Origin: an uncultured Pseudomonadales bacterium
Lineage (GTDB): Bacteria; Patescibacteriota; Microgenomatia; UBA1400; UBA12028
DNA: 64,000 bases
Direction of reading: 5' to 3'
Assembly: GCA_964635905.1 (NCBI GenBank)
Contig: CAZWPK010000003.1
Span: forward strand, 66,459 to 130,458
A program made the position numbers and the translations under genes. The stretch's first letter is position 1; the number at the start of each line of letters is the position of its first letter. This document shows positions 1-8,602 of the stretch, piece by piece. The notes under the pieces were generated by a model, which was not told where the DNA came from, ran no database searches, and was given only the letters and a program-made list of their open reading frames with translations.

Positions 1-3000
1 CTGCATACTGTGTACACGTTCTTGGGCTACAAGCTGGAGTGGTATCACTTTCAAAAGCATTCCCATTTGATGATAAATAGATACCCGTTTTAAATCGCCA
101 GAGTGTAATTCGATACTGGTTGTTCTCTCCACAGAGAGTTCTTCCAAAATCGCGATATTGTGGGTCATTTAAGAATTCAAGTGCAGATGTAATTTTTGCT
201 CTGGCTTCTGGTTCCCATTCGTCCGAGATTTTACTTCCTTCTAATACGGAGACTTGTTCACCTGCGGGGCCAAACGTAATACAGGCAATCGAACTTGGAG
301 GATTCCCAAAAACGACAGACGCACTCTCCGCATAACTTTGAGTGGCTCCACATTGACCATCAGATTGGACGATACAATAAGTGATGGTTAGTGTGTTTGT
401 AATGAGTGTGTCATCAAACACTGGTACGGATACTCCTTCTTCTGTCGGAGCAGTGTCAGTGAAGTTAATGGTGTACTGAATAGGTCCTTCGCCAAATGCA
501 GGTTTTCCTGCACCAACATCTCCTGATAATCGGTCCAGTTGTGTCTGATCGGCCCGCTTCAAGGCTTTAAGTTCAGAGGGAATGGGGTTTCGACTAATGA
601 AATGCAAGGTATCTGTGACGGCGGAAACACGTATCTGGTATGGGTTTCCATCTGCATCCGATTTTGGCGTAAGTGTAATGGTGTACTGAATCGGTGTGGG
701 GTCTTCAGCAAAGTCATCACTTGGCGTTTTGGTTAATGTGAAGTATTCATTCTCATTTAAGAGAAAACTACCGGGCAGTAAATGGGCACTGGTAATCACC
801 GCTGCAGCTAACACGGACATGGCTGCAGTGCCACCGATCACACCAGTTAAGATGGTTCCGACAGGAGTTGAGATGCTTAAGTTTGGTAAGGTATTGAATA
901 ATGTATTTGTACTTGCCAAGGTTGTATTGGCTGCGTTTCCGAGTGCATTGGTTGCGGTTTGAGAAATAGCGCTTGATGTTTGGGCAAGTTGAGGTGCTGC
1001 TTCACCAGCAAATGAACCTGCTGCAGATGCGGCTTGAGCGCCTAAACCGGGCGGAAGTGAAATTCCAGAAGGGAACCCAAAAGCATTCAAAATCGGTGTA
1101 CCCACTGCTTGAGCAATACTTACATCTCCAACATGAATGGCTAGTGAACCGAATCCTCCTGCAGCGCCTCCTGCAAAGAACCCAATTGCTGCTCCAAGAC
1201 CCGTTCCAATGACAGGTACCACCGAGCCAATGGCTCCACCGGCGATTGCACCTGCGATACTCCCGCTAACACCTAAAACTCCAGCTCCTGTGGCACCTGC
1301 TGCTCCTTGTAGTAACCCTCCTACGATGGCAGATCCAGCTATAGCACCCACCCCACCGACGACCCAGGTTGCTGGATTTGCTGCTGCGAGACGTGCGGCA
1401 TCGGCAAGTTTCCGCAGATTCTGCATTCGAGAGACTGCCTCTTTCTTCTTGTCAGAAGGTTTGGAGAGTTTAGGAATTTTTGATAAAAGTCCTCCATCTT
1501 CGATTTCTCCACTTTCAACTTCCTCAGCGTACGATTGGGGAGATTCAATTGGAATCTGCTCAAACACTTGTGCTCCGACTGGTTCTGAAGATTCAACGAG
1601 TTCATTCTCTTCCGAAGTCTGAGGAATGGTTCGAATGATGCGGGTAATTCTAGAGCGTTTCCGTGGTTGCTGTTGTTGCTCGTACACTTGAACAGACCCT
1701 AAGGCAAGCTGAACGTCCAACAACTCTCGTTGTTCACGAGCAGTTTGAACCCCGGATTCAAGTAGCTTCCGTTGCTTTTCAACAAGTTGTTTCTTGGGAA
1801 CACTATAGAATAGACGTACCGCACGAGTTCCCATGCGGTTGGATAGATCAGCATTCGTGCGAAGCAATTCTCTTTTTTGATTAGGATTAAGATTTGATGC
1901 AAGGAGCACTTTCCCCGTCTCGATTGCCATCTGGCCTCTGAAGAATCCAATTCTATTAAAGAGGTGTGAAGCGAAACCATCGAAGATTTCTGGGTTATTC
2001 TTGATTGCAGCAGCTAGATCTACATAGCCGTTTTGAGAATCGGTCAACTCAGAAAGAATATTCTCTATGATCCAATCTCGATCTTCTTCACTTGCCACAG
2101 ACATGAACGCCGCTGAGTTTGCATAGTTATCAATCGATGCCGCTAACGTTGGGTTTTTAACCAAGAGGTCTTCCCATTGCGAACGTGTAGAAGGAGTAGT
2201 ATTTTCGGTTTCAATCTGGCGTTGTTCTTGATCCGTTTCAGCTTGAGTTGTCGTTGTCTGAGTCAGTTTTTCTTGCCACCCTTGCTCGGTTGCAACAGTT
2301 GTGTAGATCATTTCAATCTCGTTGGCAAGTTGCGGGTCTTGTTGAATTTCAGTTTGAAAGTGAGCGACAAAATCTGAAAAGGACAGTGGAGATAAACTCG
2401 TTGCCTCTGCAAGAACATCTGCTCGAAGCTGTGCTGATTGGGCTTGTGCTCCTACCAGCTCTTCACGAGATTGGAGGCTATCTAACCGCTTTTTTGTGTT
2501 TTCTATATCTGGCTCATCATCGTCATCATCGTCCGATTCGTTTGCCTTTCGGGCTTGTTCTTCAAGCTGTTTACCCCAATCCTTTTCAGTTGAGATTGTT
2601 GCGTACACTTCCTGTAGCACGGTTTCAAATGCTGGATTTTCGCGCAGTTCCCGTTGGAAATAGTCTAGAAATGCTTCATAGGTAGTAGGAGGTAATCCGG
2701 CCGCAAGCCGCACTGCCTCGCTTCGAAGCAGGGTGTTTGCTTTGATAGCTTGATCAACTTGATCTTTTAAGGGTGATTCTTCAGGAGAACCTTGCGAGGA
2801 CTGTTGACCACTTGGAAATGGAATAATCGGTGGTGTAGTAGAAGACGACCGATTCACCGGGGGGTTACTATCACTTCGACTCGTCCGAAGTCTATCTCCC
2901 ACCGCAAACAGTACAGAGTCAGTGAGGGTAGAGAGCTCCAGTATGTGTTCTCGAGTAAAGAAATCTTCTGTTTGGGACAGATCATTGATCTTGATCCAAT

Positions 3001-3247
3001 CACTCTTAAAGCGTTGTTTATTGTTTGGATCTACTAGAAATGCGGGTTCCCTTAAATCCACAATCGCAGAAAGAATGCGTTTCTTTTCGGCGTCGGTGGG
3101 GGAATTGGTTGTATTGGATGCACTAAATGTGCCATCGCGTCCTAACAGTTTGGTTAGGTTAGATGCAATCTGAATCAGAGTTTCTTGATACTCTGTAAAT
3201 TGGGACAAGACAGAATCACGTAGTGAGTTGGAGGCAGCATCCGCCAT
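1..3247 (-). CDS. Large (>1080 aa) membrane-anchored hypothetical protein, runs off the left edge; helical N-terminus with internal repeat, glycine-zipper TM region, Ig/DUF11-like extracellular region
   Basis: Absent from the ORF track because it has no stop in the window. Manual translation from ATG at 3247 (MADAASNSLRD...) stayed open wherever read, in one frame down to position 2. GxxxG-rich segment at about 1140-1370. TATAAT lies 8 nt upstream of the ATG. Confidence 0.85.
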   Translation of the reverse strand, partial: MADAASNSLRDSVLSQFTEYQETLIQIASNLTKLLGRDGTFSASNTTNSPTDAEKKRILSAIVDLREPAFLVDPNNKQRFKSDWIKINDLSQTEDFFTREHILELSTLTDSVLFAVGDRLRTSRSDSNPPVNRSSSTTPPIIPFPSGQQSSQGSPEESPLKDQVDQAIKANTLLRSEAVRLAAGLPPTTYEAFLDYFQRELRENPAFETVLQEVYATISTEKDWGKQLEEQARKANESDDDDDDEPDIENTKKRLDSLQSREELVGAQAQSAQLRADVLAEATSLSPLSFSDFVAHFQTEIQQDPQLANEIEMIYTTVATEQGWQEKLTQTTTTQAETDQEQRQIETENTTPSTRSQWEDLLVKNPTLAASIDNYANSAAFMSVASEEDRDWIIENILSELTDSQNGYVDLAAAIKNNPEIFDGFASHLFNRIGFFRGQMAIETGKVLLASNLNPNQKRELLRTNADLSNRMGTRAVRLFYSVPKKQLVEKQRKLLESGVQTAREQRELLDVQLALGSVQVYEQQQQPRKRSRITRIIRTIPQTSEENELVESSEPVGAQVFEQIPIESPQSYAEEVESGEIEDGGLLSKIPKLSKPSDKKKEAVSRMQNLRKLADAARLAAANPATWVVGGVGAIAGSAIVGGLLQGAAGATGAGVLGVSGSIAGAIAGGAIGSVVPVIGTGLGAAIGFFAGGAAGGFGSLAIHVGDVSIAQAVGTPILNAFGFPSGISLPPGLGAQAASAAGSFAGEAAPQLAQTSSAISQTATNALGNAANTTLASTNTLFNTLPNLSISTPVGTILTGVIGGTAAMSVLAAAVITSAHLLPGSFLLNENEYFTLTKTPSDDFAEDPTPIQYTITLTPKSDADGNPYQIRVSAVTDTLHFISRNPIPSELKALKRADQTQLDRLSGDVGAGKPAFGEGPIQYTINFTDTAPTEEGVSVPVFDDTLITNTLTITYCIVQSDGQCGATQSYAESASVVFGNPPSSIACITFGPAGEQVSVLEGSKISDEWEPEARAKITSALEFLNDPQYRDFGRTLCGENNQYRITLWRFKTGIYLSSNGNAFESDTTPACSPRTCTQYA
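2264..2728 (-). repeat. Two gapless 55-aa internal repeats with 300-nt period (2564-2728 and 2264-2428)
   Basis: LRSEAVRLAAGLPPTTYEAFLDYFQRELRENPAFETVLQEVYATISTEKDWGKQL vs LRADVLAEATSLSPLSFSDFVAHFQTEIQQDPQLANEIEMIYTTVATEQGWQEKL. Confidence 0.7.
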
Positions 3248-3497
3248 AGTTTCCAATTATACCGGGTTTTACAAATGAAATCCTTGGGCAAATCTGGAAT
3301 TTATTCAGGGCATTCCACATTTCCCATAGTTCTGGATCTTACGCCGATATCTGAGGTTTGTTATTACGAAAATCTAACACAACCTTGTGGAGGTCTTGTT
3401 GCTTTAAAGGCAAAGTAGTTGTTAGTTGAATTGCAACAGACTTTCAATTATTTTCCACTAGATCTGGAACGGCAACCAGTGTTACAATTGCGCTTCC

Positions 3498-3827
3498 ATG
3501 AAAGCTTCTATCACTTATTCCGACTTTGAAAAACTTGATCTACGTGTGGGGACGATCATCGCAGCGTCCGCCCCGGACTGGAGTTCAAAGCTGTTGCGTT
3601 TCGAGGTAGACTTTGGCGACGAAGGGAAGAAAGTTATTTTTTCTGGAATCAAAGCATGGTATAGTCCAGATGAATTTGTGGGCAAACAATTTCCTTTTTT
3701 GATTAATCTAGATCCCAAGAATATGGGGCCAGAAGAAAGTCAAGGGATGATGCTGATGGCAGATGGTGTGGACCAACCTCGGCTATTCTCACTTTCGACA
3801 GTTCCAGCAGGAACAGTCATTCGTTAA
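3498..3827 (+). CDS. tRNA-binding OB-fold protein (Trbp111/CsaA/MetG C-terminal domain family)
   Basis: ITYSDFEKLDLRVGTI...KLL..VDFG...IFSGI...NLDPKNMG.ESQGM motifs. Confidence 0.9.
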   Translation: MKASITYSDFEKLDLRVGTIIAASAPDWSSKLLRFEVDFGDEGKKVIFSGIKAWYSPDEFVGKQFPFLINLDPKNMGPEESQGMMLMADGVDQPRLFSLSTVPAGTVIR

Positions 3828-3869
3828 TGTGTACTTTATTCGTATCCGTTTCATTTTTAATTTATCGTT

Positions 3870-5792
3870 ATGCCAAAAACTGACAAAGAGACACGTGTGG
3901 ACGAAAAGAAACCCAAAGAAGAAAAGTCAAATAAGTTTACCGCCAATGGGAAAAAGATGATGAAGCTCGAGTTCGGTTTGAACTTGGATCCGCGTAAATC
4001 CATTTTGTGGCTCGTGATCTTCCTACTTTTTGTACCTTTTCTGTTTTCCTTGTTTCGATCTGGATCCAATGGTCGCATTCCATTATCGCAGCTCCTCTCC
4101 GATATCCAAGAGAATAAAGTTTCAAAGGTAGAGGTCGACGGACCCTCGATCACCGCACGCTACGGTGATGGCGAAATCAAGACGAGTCGCAAAGAGGATT
4201 CCCAAGACCTCACCACGATTTTGCGTCAAGCTGATATTTCTCTCACATCATTGGAGGTCATGGTCAAAGATCAAATGCCCGGACGGATTGTGTTGGATAT
4301 TTTGCTCAACATCTTACCCATGGTCCTCATGGTCATCTTTTTCTTGTTCTTGTTTAGACAAGCACGGGGAGCACAAGGGGACATGATGGGGTTTGGCAAA
4401 TCCAAGGCAAAGTTATTTGCAAAAGGGAAACAAGACATCAAATTCTCCGATGTTGGAGGACTCAAAGAAGCCAAGCAAGAATTAGAGGAAATTGTCGATT
4501 TCCTCAAAAACCCCAAGAAATATCACAATGTCGGAGCCAGAACTCCCAAGGGAGCTCTCCTGATTGGACCTGCAGGGACTGGAAAGACGTTATTGGCACG
4601 TGCAGTGGCTGGAGAAGCCAACGCGCCATTCTTTTCAATGGCAGGGTCGGAATTCATGGAAATGCTGGTTGGTGTTGGAGCATCACGAGTACGTGATTTG
4701 TTCGATACAGCCAAAAAATCCGCTCCCTCCATTATTTTCATCGATGAAATCGATGCAATTGGACGGATGCGTGGACATGGAAGTATGGGAGGTCACGATG
4801 AACGGGAACAGACACTCAATCAGATTCTGGTAGAGATGGATGGATTTCAGCCCAATGACGCTGTTGTCGTATTGGCAGCGACGAACCGAGCAGATTTATT
4901 AGATCCTGCCTTAGTCCGACCTGGCAGATTTGATCGACGGGTGACCCTAGATCTCCCCGATTTGGAAGAACGAAAGTATATTCTTTCCATTCATGCCAAG
5001 AATAAGCCAGTGAGCAAAGAGGTCAGTTGGGAACGCATTGCTAAACGGACCGTTGGTTTTTCTGGTGCCGATCTAGAGAACATGCTCAATGAAGCTGCTA
5101 TCTTGATTGCTCGTGAGAACTGTACGGAAATCACCTCGCCAGATTTGGAAGAGGCTGCCTTAAAGGTCAAGCTTGGTCCTGAGAAGAAACGTCTCCAGTC
5201 TGAGATTGAGCGCAAGATGACCGCCTACCACGAAGGTGGACATGCTATTGTGGCGCACTTTTTGCCCCACACGGATCCAGTGCATCGCATCTCCATTGTT
5301 TCTCGAGGTCGTGCGCTTGGGTTTACCATGGCGAGTCCGGAAGCAGATAAATACCAGCAGGTGAAAGAAGAATTGGAAGAAATGATCTCCGTCATGTTGG
5401 GTGGTCGAGCCGCAGAGCATGTTGTGTTTGGCAAACAAACCGGTGGAGTTAGTTCAGATCTGCAGCAAGTCACCAGAATTGCTCGAGCAATGGTGCTTGA
5501 CTACGGGATGAGTGATCTTCCCCCATTAAACTACGGACCTGTCTATGAGATGGGTGACTATGGCCGCGCCATGATGGAACCGTATGAGATCTCAGAAGAG
5601 TTAAAGACAAAAGTAGATTCGGCAGTCGAGAAAATCGTTGATGAAGGTTGGAAGCGCTCGGTTAAAGTTCTTAAAGACCATCGAAAAGCGTTGGATGCAG
5701 TCGCGGATCGACTACTCGAAGTCGAGAGCATGGATGAAGATGATTTTATTAAGGTCGTTGGCTCTCCTAAGAGTAAAGCAGAAGAGAAATAG
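3870..5792 (+). CDS. ftsH: ATP-dependent zinc metalloprotease FtsH
   Basis: Two TM helices, Walker A GPAGTGKT, Walker B IFIDEID, SRH RPGRFDR, HEGGH zinc motif. Confidence 0.98.
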   Translation: MPKTDKETRVDEKKPKEEKSNKFTANGKKMMKLEFGLNLDPRKSILWLVIFLLFVPFLFSLFRSGSNGRIPLSQLLSDIQENKVSKVEVDGPSITARYGDGEIKTSRKEDSQDLTTILRQADISLTSLEVMVKDQMPGRIVLDILLNILPMVLMVIFFLFLFRQARGAQGDMMGFGKSKAKLFAKGKQDIKFSDVGGLKEAKQELEEIVDFLKNPKKYHNVGARTPKGALLIGPAGTGKTLLARAVAGEANAPFFSMAGSEFMEMLVGVGASRVRDLFDTAKKSAPSIIFIDEIDAIGRMRGHGSMGGHDEREQTLNQILVEMDGFQPNDAVVVLAATNRADLLDPALVRPGRFDRRVTLDLPDLEERKYILSIHAKNKPVSKEVSWERIAKRTVGFSGADLENMLNEAAILIARENCTEITSPDLEEAALKVKLGPEKKRLQSEIERKMTAYHEGGHAIVAHFLPHTDPVHRISIVSRGRALGFTMASPEADKYQQVKEELEEMISVMLGGRAAEHVVFGKQTGGVSSDLQQVTRIARAMVLDYGMSDLPPLNYGPVYEMGDYGRAMMEPYEISEELKTKVDSAVEKIVDEGWKRSVKVLKDHRKALDAVADRLLEVESMDEDDFIKVVGSPKSKAEEK

Positions 5793-5850
5793 GTCAAGGA
5801 TATCCTATATCAATTTGATTATCTCGAGAAATCGGTTATACTAGCCGACT

Positions 5851-6141
5851 ATGCGTACAGAGGCTTCAATCAATTCAGCGCTTCGATTTGCAATTTGGCA
5901 ACAAGAAAACAGTAAGCACAGATTTGTTAGAGCCGTTCCTGCAAGCAGGTCAATCCAGGAGGACTCCGCTTCGTTGTTAATGGAAATTGCAATTTTAGAG
6001 CTAAAATACAGTAGCATTGCAAAATCTCCGGTTGTACCAGGAAATGAACCAAAAGTGAGTCCAGAAGAAAATCATCGCCCTGTTACTAGATCAATCCTGA
6101 TGGCATTTGAGCAGGCCGATCTGTCTTTCGATCGACTGTAA
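5851..6141 (+). CDS. Hypothetical protein
   Basis: 96-aa ORF filling the gap; TATACT 8 nt upstream of the ATG. Confidence 0.55.
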   Translation: MRTEASINSALRFAIWQQENSKHRFVRAVPASRSIQEDSASLLMEIAILELKYSSIAKSPVVPGNEPKVSPEENHRPVTRSILMAFEQADLSFDRL

Positions 6142-6192
6142 ATTGTGCATTTACCCTAGTCGGTTTCTATAATTCTTGATAGCATACAAGGC

Positions 6193-7134
6193 ATGTCTAC
6201 ACTCATGCTTATTGATGGCCATGCCTTAGCGTATCGCGCCTATCATGCCTTTCCTCCCCTCACCACATCTAGTGGAGAGCTGGTCAATGCCGTCTATGGC
6301 TTCTCTAGAATCCTCTTAACCGTCCTTCGGGATCTAGAGCCGCAGTATCTCGCGTGCTGCTTTGATTTGCCCAAACCCACTTTTCGCCATACTCAGTACA
6401 CCGGATACAAAGCCCAACGAGAAGAGATGCCGGTAGACTTACAGACGCAAATTGAGCGAATTAAAGAGGTGGTTTTGGCGTTAAATATCCCAACGTTTGC
6501 CGTAGAAGGGTATGAGGCGGACGATGTAATTGGGACATTAGCGATGAAGGGAACCGATGGGCATGATGATGAGGTCGATAAAGTACTTATTGTCACGGGG
6601 GATCGTGATGCGTTTCAGCTCGTTACGGATAAAATCCATGTCTATATGCCTCCTCGAAGTAAAGAAGCCTTTTATACAGAGTTTGGACCCAAGGAAGTGG
6701 AAGAGAAGATGGGACTACGGCCCGATCAAATCGTCGATTACAAGGCTCTAGCTGGGGATGCTAGTGATAATATTCCAGGGATTAAAGGAGTTGGGGACAA
6801 GACAGCCGTACGACTACTACAATCTTTCCAAACATGTGATGGGATTTATGAATCATTAAAGGATTCAGGCTCGTTAACTGAAGACCAACTCAAGCTTCTC
6901 AAGCCAAAAGTTGTCGAAAACCTCACCAATGGGTATGAAGATATGGTGCTTTCTCGACAACTGGCAACAATCGATAGAGAAGTGCCGCTGACTCTAAACT
7001 TAGAAGAATGTGTGCTTAAAAACTATGATAAAACAACCGTCTCGAGACTGTTTGAAGATTTAGACTTTAAGAGCTTAATCAACTTACTCCCTGATGATGG
7101 GTTTGAATCTTCAGTTCAAGAAGCGTTGTTTTAG
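6193..7134 (+). CDS. Stand-alone 5'-3' exonuclease / flap endonuclease (PolA N-terminal domain only)
   Basis: LIDGHALAYRAYHA, NAVYGF, GYEADDVIGTLA, TGDRD, LAGDASDNIPGIKGVGDKTA; ends at 313 aa with no polymerase domain. Confidence 0.92.
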   Translation: MSTLMLIDGHALAYRAYHAFPPLTTSSGELVNAVYGFSRILLTVLRDLEPQYLACCFDLPKPTFRHTQYTGYKAQREEMPVDLQTQIERIKEVVLALNIPTFAVEGYEADDVIGTLAMKGTDGHDDEVDKVLIVTGDRDAFQLVTDKIHVYMPPRSKEAFYTEFGPKEVEEKMGLRPDQIVDYKALAGDASDNIPGIKGVGDKTAVRLLQSFQTCDGIYESLKDSGSLTEDQLKLLKPKVVENLTNGYEDMVLSRQLATIDREVPLTLNLEECVLKNYDKTTVSRLFEDLDFKSLINLLPDDGFESSVQEALF

Positions 7135-7176
7135 GGTACTGCTATTTTAGAAGATAAAGTAAGAAGTGTTTATCCT

Positions 7177-8520
7177 CTAGTGTCCGTGTGATTCTTCGCG
7201 AATACCCAATTTCTGTTTGTCTAATGCCGATAATTTGGAGAGTACTGTTTCCACTACTGTCTTTTCTAGATAGATGTTTCCCGGCAATCTTCCAGTTTTT
7301 ACGAAGTCCTCGAGATCAGGGGTTCGCATGTTTTTGAGGAATAAATACATCTGATCGGAAAAGTGACCGATTTTTTCAAAAAACCTAACAAGTTTGTCTT
7401 CCTTTCCCTTAAAGAGAGTAAAGAACTGTTCATGCACTTTTCCAGCTTGAAGAAGATGTAATGCATCTTGAGGAACTTCAAGTTTTAGCAAAATATCCTC
7501 TAGCTTCGTTGAACCTTCCTTCATCTCTTCCATGCTGTGGACAATCATCATGATTTCACTATGGGACCTGCCTTTTCCAAGATTCGCAATTGCTTCCATG
7601 TAGAGAAGGGCAGGAAGGACATCAGCTACAGAATTCCTAATAGAAAATCTTTTCTTTTCATGGGTAATCGGATCAGTGCCAGAAATGATCGGTGGCTCCT
7701 TTGATTCAACGGTTGCTCCTTCCAGAGGTCGTGATACAAGTTCACTGATAGGGGTGAATTCCGGTGTTTCTGCATGAGTAGTCGCAGTAGCTTGCGCAGG
7801 GGTTGCCTCCGTAGCGACTGAAGGGTCTGGTGTATCCGTTTCCGGTGCGGAATCCAATTCCTCTAAGGTTTCCTGGGTAATCTGAATCATCTCTGCAACA
7901 TTTTTTGCATTGAAATCTAAATATTCTGTTTCCGCTTGTTTAAATTGGTTAAGCAGGTCTGGATGCATGAGTCGAATTTTTTCCTCTAGGGATTGAAGCT
8001 CATGCCAACGATCTTGATAGTCACGTATGGTAGTCCAGAGATGACGTCTCTCGTCAGTAACTAGATCTGGATTTGTCTCTGACTGTAATTGTGTTAGATT
8101 ATCAACGCAGTCTGCCATGAGGAGATTTTGAATTTCCAATTCGTCCTCTAAAAATGTGTACAATTCTGGATTTGTAGTTCTCACTGAATCAGGTAATTTA
8201 TACAATAATTCTGCTACGCTGCCACCTTGCTGGGCATATTCTTGAATTTTATATTCCCAGAAGTCAGATTTTCTCCATTCTTGATCATCAATAATGAAGG
8301 GTTCAGTTCTAGGTTGGACGAGCTGGTCTTGGAAAGTAAGTTTTTGCTTTTCCCTTTCTTGCTGATTTTGCTGGTTTTCATCAAGTTGCTGATTGAAGGC
8401 TTCAGAGAGAGGATTAGAATTAGGGTTCTTGGTCACAAGAGAATTGAGGTTTTGATCGGGATCGTTAAAATCAGGATTGGAGACCACTGTTTCTTGTCGG
8501 CTTTCATCGCTCATATTCAA
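7177..8520 (-). CDS. Acidic helical hypothetical protein
   Basis: 447-aa ORF, no recognisable motif, ends ...EESHGH. Confidence 0.75.
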   Translation of the reverse strand: MNMSDESRQETVVSNPDFNDPDQNLNSLVTKNPNSNPLSEAFNQQLDENQQNQQEREKQKLTFQDQLVQPRTEPFIIDDQEWRKSDFWEYKIQEYAQQGGSVAELLYKLPDSVRTTNPELYTFLEDELEIQNLLMADCVDNLTQLQSETNPDLVTDERRHLWTTIRDYQDRWHELQSLEEKIRLMHPDLLNQFKQAETEYLDFNAKNVAEMIQITQETLEELDSAPETDTPDPSVATEATPAQATATTHAETPEFTPISELVSRPLEGATVESKEPPIISGTDPITHEKKRFSIRNSVADVLPALLYMEAIANLGKGRSHSEIMMIVHSMEEMKEGSTKLEDILLKLEVPQDALHLLQAGKVHEQFFTLFKGKEDKLVRFFEKIGHFSDQMYLFLKNMRTPDLEDFVKTGRLPGNIYLEKTVVETVLSKLSALDKQKLGIREESHGH

Positions 8521-8602
8521 GTAGAATAAGCTATCTATCGAAAGAATACAAATACTGTTGGACTACAAACAGTTTGCAGAAAAATGCTATAATACTTGTG
8601 CT

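Noticed and set aside
120-3173. Many short plus-strand ORFs in the track
   Set aside because: They are antisense shadows of the long minus-strand gene at 1-3247.
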